The notes: generated by a model not told the origin, from the sequence alone. A stretch of 64,000 nucleotides of DNA from Zygnema circumcarinatum SAG 698-1b (GCA_037447605.1 CM074820.1:1178001-1242000), one strand, 5' to 3'; positions 1-13,410 are shown, counted from the first letter of the stretch. Translations and numbers: made by a program.

Positions 1-359
1 ACCATGGCGATGCCATCAAATGTACATGGACAACAACAACATGGGGAACCACGAGGGATATTCATGAGTTCAAGATAAGCATTAACGTTTGCATAATGCT
101 AATGCTAGTAGAACCGCACTGGTAGATTTCTAGCATTTCAACATTGTAAAGCCGACCCGATACTAAAGGATGAATAATCATGAAAGGCAAAGCACACATC
201 TCTCTCTCCCTCTCTCTCTCACTGTCTTCTCTTTCTCTCCCTCCCCCCTCTCTCTCTCTCTCGCTCTCTCTCTCTAAGCGTTCATGTTTAATTCTTCCTT
301 TGCTTGATCACTTCTACTTGGTCACCCCTTCCCTAAACCTTGAGATGCTCTGCCTGCAG

Positions 360-1955
360 CTGATCATTATCGACCTCATTCTGCACCGTCAGCAGGCGTA
401 CTACCACACTATCTTCAACCACTTCGTCATACGGCCGCAGGAGGCCAAGGTGGGCGGCTCAGTCTCTCATAAGGTAGGTCTGCTGCTTCGAGCCCTCAGC
501 ACTTCATTAAAGTGTGTGCATTTCTCTTTTCTCTCCCCTTTTTGTGGCTGCAGAAGCTCTTGTGGTGGAGTGTCTGCGCCTTGGTGGTAATGGATGCTTG
601 TATCCTCTCAGATAAAAGTTGACGAGCAGTACCTTGGTAATGTCGTGCACTACTCCTGATAGAAACAATAAGGTATTATATGGTATTATTTAATATATAT
701 ATATATATAATATGATATTGGATATCCGTTTGGGATTTACCCTTGTCTTGGTAATTATCCCGAAGAGAAGCAAGCATGAGGCACTGGTTAAATGTCTAAC
801 TGATGTAAATTGTTGCTGCTGATTCACTGGACGCATTTCCTGCAAACTTTGAGAATTTCTGCCCTTTTAAGCATTAAGTTTTTGTGAGCCAGGAAAACCT
901 GGCTTGCCAACAAGCCTTGACAGTTCCACTATAAGGCAGACAACCAGTATTGAATCTCGCAGAGTGGGAACGAAGATGGAGTACATCTCAATTTGATATT
1001 GGGCTGGCTGCTGTGAAGGTGAGCTGTACTGCTTCCTGGACGGCGCACTCGTGAACTGCATTTCTGCCCCTTTGATTGACACTTGCTTTCAGGATACATT
1101 CATATTTTACCCTTTACTTGGTCTGCCACCTTCAGCAGGTGATCGCGGCTTCTATTCTGTCCAATACTTTGTTCGCCATTACGTTAGTTTTGGCATTATC
1201 GTTCTCCGGAGCATTATCCAAAGCACACTCCCTCCCACTCGAGTGCGTAATTCTCCACGAGAACTTTGTTCTTATCTGCAAGTCTGCCTGCCATGGCTAC
1301 AATATATTACCTTTCTCTTATGTCCCAGCATGGGGACGAGTATGAAGGAACGAACTGTTCGAAGTTGTATCCAACAGAGCGCACTGATTCAGATGCTCTG
1401 ATGATGATGATGATGTATGGCAGAAAAGGGATCGTCTTACGCGCAATTCCTCTTTCAAGTTTCTTCAAACTCCTGCTGATTCCCATGATGGTATGTATGA
1501 AGCCCTCCCTCCTCCGAGGGAACAGCATGGGGTCATTCATCACTTTCCTGCATGACCAATGGGCTTAATTGAGGGTGGCAGCATGGTACACTTATGGAAA
1601 GTTACCTATCTGTATTTATGATGAGTGGTGTAATTGTGTTTTACACATAACAGGTATGGCGATTTTCTCCAGGAATGGTGTTTATCATAAACTTTTTTGT
1701 CTTCACTTCAAACACAGTGGCTGTTCAAGGTCAGCCTTACAGCCACTTGCACCAAACCTTCCTCCCAATGCTCATCTGTGAGCTGTTCAGCAGTGCCTTC
1801 TTCTTGTTGTTGTTGTTAAAGCAAATCTCTTGCATTTGTGCAGCCAAACGCAGTGACTGCGAGAGCATGTTTGGAGCCTGGAGGTCGGTCTGTCCCCAAG
1901 GGGGAAGTCGAGAAGAGTGTTCTCACGATGTCCACGACATTGTTCTCATGCCCTC

Positions 1956-1993
<38 letters not shown>

Positions 1994-2100
1994 CAGCGGC
2001 GAGCGAGAGGTCGTTCCTCTCCGCCGTCCTCTCCCTTGCAGTTGCAGTCCTGTTCAAAGCCGTCGCAGGAAGGGTCCTCCTCGCAGCTTTCCTTGTGTGA
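360..2100 (+). CDS. ARV1: ARV1-family ER sterol/lipid transport protein, multi-exon, 5' end outside the window
   Basis: Exon peptides LIIIDLILHRQQAYYHTIFN, KLLWWSVCALVVMDA, VIAASILSNTLFAITLVLA, LRAIPLSSFFKLLLIPMMV and VWRFSPGMVFIINFFVFTSNTVAVQ occur in the order of plant ARV1 segments with AG/GT boundaries; stop TGA at 2098-2100. One internal exon is not resolved. Confidence 0.8.
1958..1990. repeat. (GT)n microsatellite in the last ARV1 intron
   Basis: Direct reading of the sequence. Confidence 0.95.
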
Positions 2101-2220
2101 GTGAGTGAAGAAAAGCAAGTTTCCCTCTCGGCAGCTGGGACCATGCCAACCCATGTGAGTGCAGACCATGACATGACATGTTGTTGTTGCGATGGAACAA
2201 CAACAACATGTAATCAAACG

Positions 2221-2307
2221 TACCATCATGACCATCTTCACCATCATCATCATCATCATTATCATCATCATCATCATCATCATCAACATCATCAACATCA
2301 TCATCAT
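2221..2307. repeat. (CAT)n microsatellite downstream of ARV1
   Basis: Direct reading; it explains the poly-His/poly-Met/poly-Asp ORFs in the track. Confidence 0.95.
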
Positions 2308-2445
2308 GTGAGGTACTACTTGACACTTGTACAATGTGGACACAATTCGGGGGAAATTCAATCAATGTGTGCACGCTCTCAAAATGCCAACACATTGCTT
2401 CCTCATATTGCTCTTTCCTGTGCCTTCGCAAGTAGCAATCACAAT

Positions 2446-2720
2446 CACACGTGGCATATCCGACGGTCAAAAATAAAAACCGTCACAGGTGGCAATCCGC
2501 ATAATGATACGTGGCATATCTGACGGTCAAAAGTCAAACGTCAGAGGTGGCAAACTGCACAATGACACGTGGCATATCCGACGGAACCGTCACAGGTGGC
2601 AATCCGCACATTGACACGTGACATATCGAACGGTTCAAAAATCGAAACCCTCACACGTGACAATCCTCACGTTGACACTTGACATATCTAACGGTCAATA
2701 ATGAACGCGCACACGTGGCA
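2446..2720. repeat. Degenerate tandem array of ~50-60 bp units containing CACGTG(G/A)CATATC..ACGG and CAGGTGGCAATCC
   Basis: About five units are readable; CACGTG occurs at 2448, 2566, 2615, 2654 and 2712. Confidence 0.85.
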
Positions 2721-3179
2721 GTTCGCTCGGTACCTGTTCCATGTTCAGTCGCAGGCGCAGTTGCGGACGGTTTCTTCCGCAGTGGTGACGCAATCCCGTA
2801 TCGCCACGTGGCCCATTGCTCGTACAGGCTTCGTACGACCCAGCCCGGCCCTGCCCTGCAGGTCCAGAGAGTGCAGAGGCGGAGGTAGGGAGAGGGCAGT
2901 TGCAGTTTTCTTGCAAGGCTGGCTCCGAGGCAGAACAAGCAGAGCAGCTGGACTTGAGGGAGGCCGGGGAGGGAGGAGGGAGGGAGGAAGGCCCTGCAGA
3001 ACGCACGCGCGAGCGTGGCCTGAACCACCTTGTTTGTAACACCTGCAAGCGTTCTCGAGGAGGGCTGGAGAGATATGGAAGGAAGGGAAGTCATTTGACG
3101 ATGCCGGAACGTTAAAATGATGAAATAAGGCGTGTAGTGATGGTTTTTTAAAGTTTGGAGGTTCATTGGAGGGTATTTT

Positions 3180-6100
3180 ATGGCTTTGAGATGCCGTGGA
3201 GCGCCGCTATGGAAGATACGGTGGATGCTGGTGGTTGCGCTGCTGCCATCCTTGTGCTCATGCTCCAACACGGCCCTGGAGAATGCAGCTGTTCGAGAGG
3301 ACATACGGCAGATGTGAGTTCTAAATCCTCATTCAGTATTCTGTAGATGTCAGGGAACTTGTTTATGTTCCTGTGGAATTATTGCTGCAGGATGGAAGTC
3401 TCCTGAGCCACTTGTGGCTGCATCATGTCATGTAGGTTGTGAAGCTTTCCGCAAGCTAGGAAAGTAGCCTTTCATATAGATTTATATATATATTTTTTTT
3501 TCTTTAATTCCTCCGCTTTGGCTCCGTTCAGTTACAGCACATGAACGAAATCTACGTCAAATTTGACTCTACCACGAATAGGAAAGGGAATTATGCTGAC
3601 CATGTAAATGCGTATATAATTATCGAGCGTCTCTTGACGATTACTTCATCAAGTAGTTGTATGTTCGATTTAATCATAAATGTCAATGTTTGCAACTGCA
3701 CATTACTATTATCACTCTGTGTAGCGCCTGTAGCTGGAACAACGCCATTGGCCTGACGGAATTGGCCCTTCCATTAAAAAAAAGGAGTGAATTGGAAATC
3801 CTGACGACGAATTTCTTTATCTTGCAGGTTTTTTCACGCCTATGACAATTACATGCATTATGCCTTCCCGGTACAGTTTATTCCTTCCTCACCCGTAAGG
3901 GGAGACAGAGGCTCAGGTCTAGCCTCATGCTGATGAAGCACAGTAGAAGCTCGTTGAGGTTGATCCCATTTAACTAAATCACGCTATGCTTCGTCTCATG
4001 TTGGAGCATGAATGCATAGAGTTTCTTAAGTTGGGTTGCATATTGTATACTTTTATATATTCCGTACATGACAAGGCATTGCCGAGTTTACCGTCGGTTC
4101 AGTTGTACAGTAAATCAAATTAATATGTGTGTGCCTTCTTGGTGGATGGCAGCATGATGAATTGAAGCCCCTCTCAAAATCTTATACAGATTCCTTAGGA
4201 GAGCTTGGCAACCTGCAGGTGAGCAGGGCATGTGTGAAACAAGTTTCACTGGTAACTGATATGTCTTCAGTTTTCATCTTTCTTTGATGTAGGCAGAGGT
4301 CACATAGGTCTCAAAAAGCCTCACCGGTCTTTTGGATTGCTGCAGAAGAGCCTTTCGGAAATCAGTTCTAAATATCCTCAGCTCACACTACTACTGTGGT
4401 TGACTATGGAGGGCTGGTTGAGTGCAGCTGGAGCATCTTTCGCAGACATATAACGGAACAGCCCTCACGCTTGTTGACTCCCTTTCCAGGTTGGTTCCGA
4501 GAAGCCTTATACTGGGGATCTCAGAATTCTTAGGCATGCCGCTTTTAAGTGCATTGAAGCAATTCATGTCTCTGGCCTTTTAAGAATGGAAAGCGGAAGG
4601 AGATTGTGGCAAGTTTGAGAGGAAGGCGGCTGCCAGTTGATACACTTCCACTGTCACCTTTTCTTCCCTTTTGAAGAACTAAGCTCTGAACATAAAGACA
4701 AAAGGGACTGTTATTTCTGGCCTTTTCTTCTACACTTCCCACATGTAGGATATGAGAAAGTAGGGCCCATTGACGTTACATCCTCCAGCAATATGGTCAG
4801 TTGGTTTGCCACTTCTCGTACATTTATCAGGTGTAAGTCTTGAGTTTAATACACGATGTACATCAGAAATGTTTCACTTATTGATATTAGATTTCTCTAT
4901 TTGCTGTCGTCAATTTGACAGCTTGGCTGTGTTTCGTAATGGTACGGAGTTTGAAAAGGCCGTCCTTTGGCTTGGCGATAACCTAAGCTTTGACATCGAC
5001 GTGAGAGTGAATGTCTTTGAGGTGCGCTGAACAATCTGCCACTACAGTTACTAAGAGTCCCCAACATTTGCAAGACAGATATCAGCGTAGGACTTTGAAC
5101 TGGCTGGACACATTTCTAGTCAACCATCACCTGACAGATCCAAAAGCAGTGGTTTAGGTTTACAATGCCAGATACCAAGCCAAGTGCAAGTTAAAGAGGA
5201 TTGGAACTACTACAGCGACGAACGTGGAAGTACTTCAGTATGGGACCATAAATTATCTTCATGGATAGGTTAGGTTGTGAAGTTGAAAGCGTTCTGATGC
5301 TTCGGGTGTCGGAAAGAACGGAGAAAGATAGTGCAAGGTAACCGACTGGTAGGGGATAGGGCTGCAGGCATTTTTCATAAGGAGAGAAGGAAGAGCCTGG
5401 CAGCAGGTGGGGCCGAAGCATAAAAGGCGGCTGCATAAAGGAAGGATCGCTTGCAGGTAGAGCAGGTGCTTTACTGTGTATGTGTGGCTTATTTCCACAA
5501 CGGAGATTCGGGAAAACGTCGGGAGTGTACCATTGCCACCTGGTCTGTACATTCCATTCATGTGGACGGAGCCGTATTTATGTCCTTTGTGTTTCTCTCT
5601 ATACCTTTCCGTCAGCAATGTAGACGCATTTCACACATCCTATGAAGATGTGAAGGCTTAAGAGTATGTGAAAGTAGCAATATGGCAGCCTCTCAACTTT
5701 ACGTGGAGGACACAATGCTGTGACTCCAGCAACTCTACTGCCACCTAACATCCTTAACAAACGGATGTAGGAAGTGGATTCCGCCATAGTGAAGTGTGTG
5801 CTGCTGCTATGGCAATCAAATGCGGTTCCTGATTCCTGCAGGTTCACCTCATGTGAGCAAAAATTCACAGAAAGAGCAATGTTTTAGAGCGAGATAGAGA
5901 GAGAAAGAGCAGTGATTCAGATTTTGATTTTGATTTTGTGCAGTGCAACATTCGGCTCCTTGGCGGTCTCATCTCTGCCCACACTTTGGCCATAGCTCCG
6001 AACAACGACCTCATGGCTGGTCCATACGAGGGGCAGCTTTTGCGTCTTGCAGAAGATTTGGGTCGCCGGCTTCTTCCAGCCTTTGAAACTCCAACGGGCA

Positions 6101-9100
6101 TTCCCTATGCCTGGGTTAATCTCAAGGTCAGTTGTGTCCATGCCAACGGTGGTATGCCTAAACGATCAATATCGATTCTTCTGTATGTGGTACTCGTTTT
6201 CTTGATTAAGTTCAGCATACATTACAATGCTGCACCATAGTCTTCGTGGCTGCTATGCCATTAACGTGTAAAGCTCGCATAAGTTCTTGAATTGATCATG
6301 CATTTGTAGGATAAATAAGGGGCTGAGGCTCGTTCTCTTTTTTTTCTTTTTCATCTCTTTTGTATGCAACATGACTTCAATATTGGCAACTCTATAGACT
6401 CAGGCTGCATCAGAGACTCTGGTTGCAGAATGGAGTTCGTCCAAACGAGACCACAGAAACAAGCACGTCAGGCTGTGGTAGGCTCCATTCTGTATATCTC
6501 TTCTTAAAAAGACAGCCCAGCAGAGCTATCTTTTTCAAAATAGACGTCGTATAGGAACCTGCATAGAGAAGCACCTCACCTAAAAGTAGCTAGGTGCTTT
6601 TTTTTTTATGGAACATTGTTAGGGCAAGAGTTTTTGCATTAAAATAATACACAAATGAATTGAATTAACGATCTTGAATCGGATCAGTTTGAGTTATCAG
6701 TTGTTAGTTTGCATTGTTTGGTGCTTATCAGTTAATCTTCACCTTGGATTGTCCTCAGGTTCCCTCATCCTCGAGTTTGGATTGCTCTCTCGACTGACGG
6801 GAGACTCAGTTTTCGAAGTGGCTGCCCGACGGGCACTTAGAAAACTTTGGAGCATGCGCTCTGTCCTAAACTTAGTGGGAACAACTCTTGATGTAGCCAC
6901 TGGCCAGTGGATAGAACATTCCAGCGGAATTGGAGCAGGGGTTGATTCATTCTATGAATACCTTATCAAGGCACATATTCTCTTTGGAGCCGAGGAGTAT
7001 TGGGATATGTTTCAATCTGCATACACTGCTGTGTTGCGCTACTATCGGGAGGGTGACTGGTACGACTTGTTGACGCTCCCTCCCACTTTCACAGGCCACA
7101 TGCATATTGAAGGTGTACGCATTCCTATATGTATTCATATCCTTTCGCATGTCATGTACTCACATGGTTGGAAGGGTATGACTACCTCGGCGATGGAGCT
7201 TAGTTGAAGTTCGCATTGGATAAGCACCTTTCTTCCGACATGTCTTGCTTTCTCGTTTGGCGGCCATGTAGGTACCATGAAGCGGATATACGAACAGGGC
7301 AAGCCACATACCGACAGTTCACATCTTTGCAGGCTTTTTGGCCTGCTTTGCAAGTGTGCTTCTTTCCCATCGTTTGATTTTCCGATACATCATCTGCGAA
7401 GTAGCATGCATGGCCAGCTTAGAATAAACTGGTGCTCTCTCATTTTTTATATGTTTTGCTTGCACGTCTCTCACATGCTACTTATGTGTCTTCTGCATTT
7501 TGGCACCACTCACTGAGATTTTGTGGTCTCCTAAGAATCGTTGAAACCCCAGAGTAGTGAAGCTTGATAGCTGATAACTGGTCAGGCTCAAGGTATCAGG
7601 CAGGTGAAGCTATCGATGTACTGTTTATTTATTTTTCTGCATGCAAGAAATCTAAGTGTTATTGTGCCAGTTTTCAAGGAAATAATGTTTTAGATTGTTG
7701 AAGCAATTATATTCGGATGTGGACTCCTCGTAGCAGCGGAAGTGAAGTAATGATATGGAGTTTTTTGCAGGTATTGGCTGGGGATGTGGCAGCCGCCAAT
7801 GACACCCATCGTCAGTTTTTTACTTTGTGGGAGGAATTTGGAGTTTTTCCTGAAAGGTGAGAGTGTGAAGGTGCATTTAAGGAGTGAGCCGAGCCTGCAT
7901 GTAGAGGAACAGTAGGACGACTCGTGCTCATTTCAACTTAACATGGGATTCGCCTGAACTTGGAAGAATTCTGTCGTCACTGCTTGTGCAAAACCAGAGC
8001 ATTGGCTGTGGAGTTCATACTTTATTGAGGTGAACGATGGGCCACAGATATTTGTTTGACATCGGCATTGTTCATCCAACGGAGAAGTACTATCCCCTTC
8101 GCCCAGAGCTTGCAGAATCCACATTCGCTCTTTTTCAGGCGACTCGAGGTGAGAATAAACGAGTTTCAAGTCAAACACCGCAATGGCAGAGCAGCATAAC
8201 TCAAGAAGGAAGTACCGAGCTTGTGTTTGAATGTCTTTATCCTAGAATCAGCCTGAAGATGAGGAGGAAGGATGGTGGGCTAAACGTAAGATTGGTAGGC
8301 ATGGGCTTGTTGATGTTCCTTAGTATCTCAAGTTACACATAAGAAGCATTTACACCTCAAGCAGGCATCAGCAGTGGAGAGTTGAGTCATGGCAGATAGG
8401 GGATCAAGGGCGGGCTCAGATCCATGGTATTTGGATGTTGGGCGGCAAATTGTAAAATCTCTCAACAAGCTGACGCGTGTCAGTGGGGGCTTCGCAAGCG
8501 TACGCGATGTTGTGACTATGGAGCTGGAGGATCACCAGCATTCCTTTTTCCTCGCAGAAACGTGAGTGGACGGACGCTTTTTGGCAGACTATATGTACCT
8601 CTGCTCACTGCTGAGGGCCGACCTTGGCGCATTCTGCACTCCAAACACTTGAAATGCATCATCAGCAGCATCACTGGCCACAGTTTGAACAATAGCATGT
8701 TTCATGGAAGTTCGTTGAACTGATTGTCTGGTGAAGTCAGGAAGCTGAGAAGTCGTTTGCACCGCAATACAGTGATGGCACAAATGCTTTTTAGTTCAAT
8801 GCGATTCTGTTCAAAGGTCAAGTCGTATCGTGGATGCGTGAGGGGATGTGGGCTGGGGATGATTGAGGGGTTTGCAAGTGATGTGGACTAACCCATCTAA
8901 TGGGATTGACAGCTGCACTCTGCTGTCCCGTTAACGAGTCAGACTGGAGAGTATGATTGGCGCTGCAGCACTTCCGCCAAGAATGAGAGTGTTCGCAGGT
9001 GACGAGTGTTGTTTAATTCTGCTCTCTGTGTGTGGAATTCTTTTCCTGCGCAGCCTTAAGTACCTCTACCTACTGTTTGATGACGAGTTTCTTAGAGGAA

Positions 9101-9668
9101 AGAACTTGGTCTTTTCAACGGAGGGCCATCTGCTGCCAGTGGTGGGCCCATGGCAGCACAATTCCAACGCGAGGGCTCCCGACATACCGCCGCCGCCTTT
9201 GACAACGGTGAGCTCTGAACTGACCTTAGTTGACTTGGATACATTTGTTGGTGATGATGAATAATGACGTGTCGTGTTTCGAGTGGGTGGTCTTACACCA
9301 TGCCCAGCCATGGCGGGTATCCATGCCGGAAAGTGGACATGTTGTAGTCGCTTCCGCTTTTGTGATCACTGCTTCTTGATTCCGCACCCAACTCGAGTCT
9401 GTGTCTTTTTGGATTGGGCTCCATCCCACAGGAGGATGGCGGAGGTCTTGACTTGAGCATGCAACAGAGCGCTCTCGTGCAGCGGAAGTGCCCAAACATG
9501 CGCTTCCGCAGCAGCGATGGCTCGCACTTTCAGCCGGAGAGCGTCTGCCATGTCGAGGACCGACACAGAAGCCACCGCTGCTCGGAAAGCGGCGACTGCG
9601 GGGTCGACTCGACGACTTGCAGAAAGCGAACGTGCAGCGCAGCTCAGTGGTGCGGGCTTTGGGCCTGA
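3180..9668 (+). CDS. MNS5: GH47 alpha-1,2-mannosidase, EDEM-like (plant MNS5 type), about 13 exons
   Basis: Signal-anchor exon MALRCRGAPLWKIRWMLVVALLPSL, then FFHAYDNYMHYAFP, HDELKPLSKSYTDSLGELGNLQ, CNIRLLGGLISAH, FETPTGIPYAWVNLK, IGAGVDSFYEYLIKA, KYYPLRPELAEST, EDHQHSFFLAET, LKYLYLLFDD, FSTEGH and the MNS5-type Cys-rich tail CGVDSTTCRKRTCSAAQWCGLWA*. Confidence 0.95.
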
Positions 9669-10106
9669 GCTCCTCGTGGGTCCCTCCTCGTGCCCAGGGC
9701 TCAGCTTGAAGAACAGAGCACACAGCCATAGGAAAGTCTGAGTTCTTTTTTGCTGTTCATGCATTGGCAATTCTGAAAGGTAATCACCTCTCTCCACCAG
9801 AAACAGAGACGCCCCAATTTCACCTCTCTTGAGTTTCTCTCGCAATTCGATTCCAACCAAGGCCACGCAAATTATGAAATTTCTAGGGGTTCATTTTGCA
9901 AATTTGCGAATGTAGAGAGCCCTTGTCCCCACTTCTCCAGCGAATTCATCTCTTTCCATGCCGACCACTAGAAGTCCAATTTTTTGCACAACGGGAGTGG
10001 CTGCCCTGTGGCCCTTCTAAAAAATCTTCGCAACACTTCGTAGAACTGCGTAAAGTTGAGGTATCACGCGTCGCTCATCTGTGTCTTTACAGTGTCTTTT
10101 TTTTAA

Positions 10107-11137
10107 GGAAAATTCTATTCTCACACCTTTTTTGTCTACGCACAGACCTCTTTTCGCTGGGCAGGTTTTAAAATAGACAAAAAAGGAACACACCTTTCAC
10201 ACCTTTTTTTTTTCACCTTTTTTTTTTCACCTTTTTTTTCACATCTTTTTGGAATCGATACACGCTACCAGTCCTGAGCGGCCGAGCGCCGTGAGACCTT
10301 TTTCTGTCGGGCAGATTTTACTCCTTATCATTTATTTTCAGAGAAAAAAATATCTGCCTGCCCGAATCCGTTCGCAGCGGAAGATCCGTCCGCCACGCGA
10401 TCGTTCGCGGGTGGCCGTCCTTCACACGTGCAATAATTTTCCGCCGTCGATATTCACGCAGATCGCACCATGGCAGATCACCGTTCGATCAGTAGCCGGG
10501 CTCTGTCCCACGTGTCCCACCCAAGCCGGCTCCAAGGACCGTACAAAAGGCGTACGCCCGCAGCTTCGAGGAAAGTCAAAAAACGTAATAATTAAAGTTG
10601 AGTGCCTGTACCAATCACAGTTTGCCACGTCTAAAAAGAGCACGCGGCAGATGGTGATTGATTCAAGCTCGCAATGTAAGGAATTTAGACTTTCCTCGAA
10701 GCTGCGACCGTACGAATTGTGTACGGACCTCGAGCCTGCTCGGGTGGGACACGTGGGCGTGTGCCATTCGCTGGAACCGAGCTGCCGATCGAAAGGTGGG
10801 GTGATCTGCCGTGGTGTGATCTGCTCTAGAATCGACGGTGTATAGTTTCTGCACGTGTGAAGGACGGCCACCCGCGAACGATCTCGTGGCGGACGGATCT
10901 TCTGCTCCGAGTGGATTCGGGCAGGCCGATATTTTTTTCTTTGAAAAAAACAAGAAAGGGTAAAATCTGCCCGATGGAGAAAGGTGTGTATCGATTTCAA
11001 AAAGGTGGGAAAAAAAAGGTGAAAAAAAAAAGGTGAGAAGGTGTGAAAGGTGTGTTCTTTTTTTGTGCTATTTTAAAATCTGCCCAGCGAAAAGAGGCCT
11101 GTGTGTAGACAAAAAAGGTGTGAGAATAGAATTTTCC
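10107..11137. mobile_element. Non-autonomous foldback/Mutator-like element (1031 bp) with long imperfect inverted arms
   Basis: Left end GGAAAATTCTATTCTCACACC is the reverse complement of right end GGTGTGAGAATAGAATTTTCC. Arms run to about 10578 and from about 10688. Identical 8-bp flanks TTTTTTAA at 10099-10106 and 11138-11145. No transposase ORF. Confidence 0.85.
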
Positions 11138-11332
11138 TTTTTTAAATGTAATGTCCTTTTTCGTCGGGCAACTTGTTCAAAGGATTTTCTTTGTTAAAAA
11201 TGTTGTTTCATACTTTTCAAAATAGATACATACCTTTTCTCATCGGTTGTACGGATGGCGATTTGAATTGGTGATTTGAATGTATGAAGCGTGCACTTCT
11301 ATAAGGTATAAGGGTGCAACACATGGAGCGAC

Positions 11333-11865
11333 ATGATTGGTCGCGGCAACATATGTCATGACAAGTATGTTTAGGACCGTAACGTGATGAAATGAGACTC
11401 GACAAAAGTGGAGTCCACGGACAACAGTCAGAAATTTCGGGAAAAAAACTGACAAACTTTAAAAACTCATTTTAGGGTTTCAACGTCTATAAAGAGACTT
11501 TTTAATATACACAAAATCCCCAGCCACACTATGGGTTCAAGAAAATTTTGTCATTTCATATGTCCAACATCCTAAATGCTTTTATGATTTCCTTGGTCTC
11601 AGTTGAACACCACTTGTTCCATCGTACTACTCGTGATGGCGAGGACAACTCTTTCTTGTATATACCTCTTCCTGTCATCTTCAATGAACTCCTCCTACGT
11701 AACAAACTCCATCTCCTGCTGCCTAGCGCAAACTGGGCAAAGGAGGTGTAGCAGACGCACTCAAAAACCCTAAAATGAGCTTTTGAAGTCTATCGGTTTA
11801 TTTCGTTTTGTCACATCATGGTCCCAAACATACTTGTTACATCATATGTTGCCGCGACCAATCAT
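11333..11865. mobile_element. Second inverted-repeat element (arms about 11333-11488 and 11753-11865), degenerate
   Basis: ATGATTGGTCGCGGCAACATATG..ACAAGTATGTTT pairs with AAACATACTTGT..CATATGTTGCCGCGACCAATCAT; CTCATTTTAGGGTTT pairs with AAACCCTAAAATGAG. No clean TSD seen. Confidence 0.6.
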
Positions 11866-11981
11866 CGTGTCATCATGTCATGGAGGACACAGTTAGGGAC
11901 TGCAAAATAATAGCTCCCCAATATAGCGTCTGTCCTTGGAGCAAGCAATGTTAGCAAACATTCCACCATCCCAGAGTAAGT

Positions 11982-12679
11982 CTAAAGCTCCAATTTCAAG
12001 TTGACGCTACCAGAAATCTGGCATGTGCGTTTATCCCAAAAAGTTACACTGTCGAAATGAGGCTGGACTGAAAAGCTAGTAGTTTTGACAAAGGCAGAGT
12101 TAACAAAGTTAGCGTCCACGCCAATGTCCAACAATACTACAGTACTCCTGCTGAGTGACCATCGATTGTCCCTTAGAAAATCATGGCACGATGTGACAAG
12201 TGAAAGATCGATCTCAACACATGTGATGTGTGGGGACATGCAGCCCGCCACACTAGTGAATGAGGGGGTCCCACGAGCTTGCTGGTGCTGGATCCTTCCA
12301 CCCATCGAAGAAAGGGAAAGCCTTTCTTGTATAGTTTGACCAACTTTGAGTCGGTCTGAGTGTAAACCTTGACTGTCACATGTTATGGAAGCAGCACTCA
12401 CAAGCTTCACACGACTGAAACAAGCGCAAAGCATCAAAGGTGCATTGTACGAAAGCATCATTGCCCATGGCATTCAAGATCACCACATGCCACTCACGCT
12501 TAATCATAGAATTTGCAAATGCTCTTGGAGTCACAATTGAAGCAAGAAGTAGAGAATCATTAGGAAGAAATGACATGCACACAACCATGACATCCTCATT
12601 AAAAACCCCACCAATCATTTTTAGAATGTCAAGTTTCTGCAGAATACAACATTCTAGTTTCGCTACCCCTTACACTCGC
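11982..12679 (-). pseudogene. Degenerate Ty3/gypsy pol N-terminus relic (element C): pre-protease domain plus aspartic protease
   Basis: Frameshifted peptides REWHVVILNAMGND, KLVGPPHSLVWR..HVLRSIFHLSHRAMIF and VLLDIGVDANFVNSAF parallel the intact pol at 16942-16300. Confidence 0.85.
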
Positions 12680-13376
12680 TGTAACAGCTGAAAACCGCCT
12701 CTTCAGCCTGCGCGGAATCACACACCAGCACTAAGCAAAACAGAGTTCAGATTGGGAGGGATTCAGAGAGGGAGAGCCCTTCAGAGTGGGGAGCAGCCCG
12801 GGATGGGCGTGCAACCGTATGCCGGTACGTTCGTTGGGTGACGACAGTCCCCCACGCCCCTATACGCTTCCCCCGTTGAACCTCCTACCAGCATGGAGGA
12901 TTGGAAGCAGGGCTGTCCAATGGCAAACTGCCACGTGTCCCTCTCTGACCTGCATGGGTCAGAGGTGTACAACGTACGAATGCTCGCCGCATTCCGCGGC
13001 GCGCGCCGCGACGCGGCGCGCCGCCGTACGTCGGTGCACGGTCGGATCCTACGCGCGCGGCGCGGGGTCCGACTGACAGTCCGTCCGTACCAACGGTAAC
13101 CCGTGATTGTACGGACGACGGTTACGTTCCAAAACGTAAGGAAGATGTGGTCGGGATTCCATGATCCCCCGACTGCATCGGGCCACTCGCCAGACGTATA
13201 TGTTTGCATGCTCGCTGACATCCAACCCTCGCAACCCTCGAAAGGTCCCGATCCCAGGAATCCTTCCCGGCTCCCAGCCTGGCTCCACGCGCGGTGATCG
13301 CCGTGCCCGCGGGGCTGAGAGTACTAGGACGGGAGCGCGTCAGCACACCTCCTGGTGATGGCAGCGCTCCGCCACA
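12680..13376 (-). mobile_element. 3' LTR of Ty3 element A (about 697 bp)
   Basis: On the minus strand it begins TGTGGCGG directly after a polypurine tract and ends ..GTTACA. The left boundary is inferred from the TGT...ACA rule. Confidence 0.7.
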
Positions 13377-13389
13377 TTACTCCCCCCTG
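13377..13389 (-). other. Polypurine tract
   Basis: Minus strand AGGGGGGAGTAA immediately precedes the TG of the LTR. Confidence 0.8.
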
Positions 13390-13410
13390 TGAGGATGTGA
13401 ACGCCCTCGT

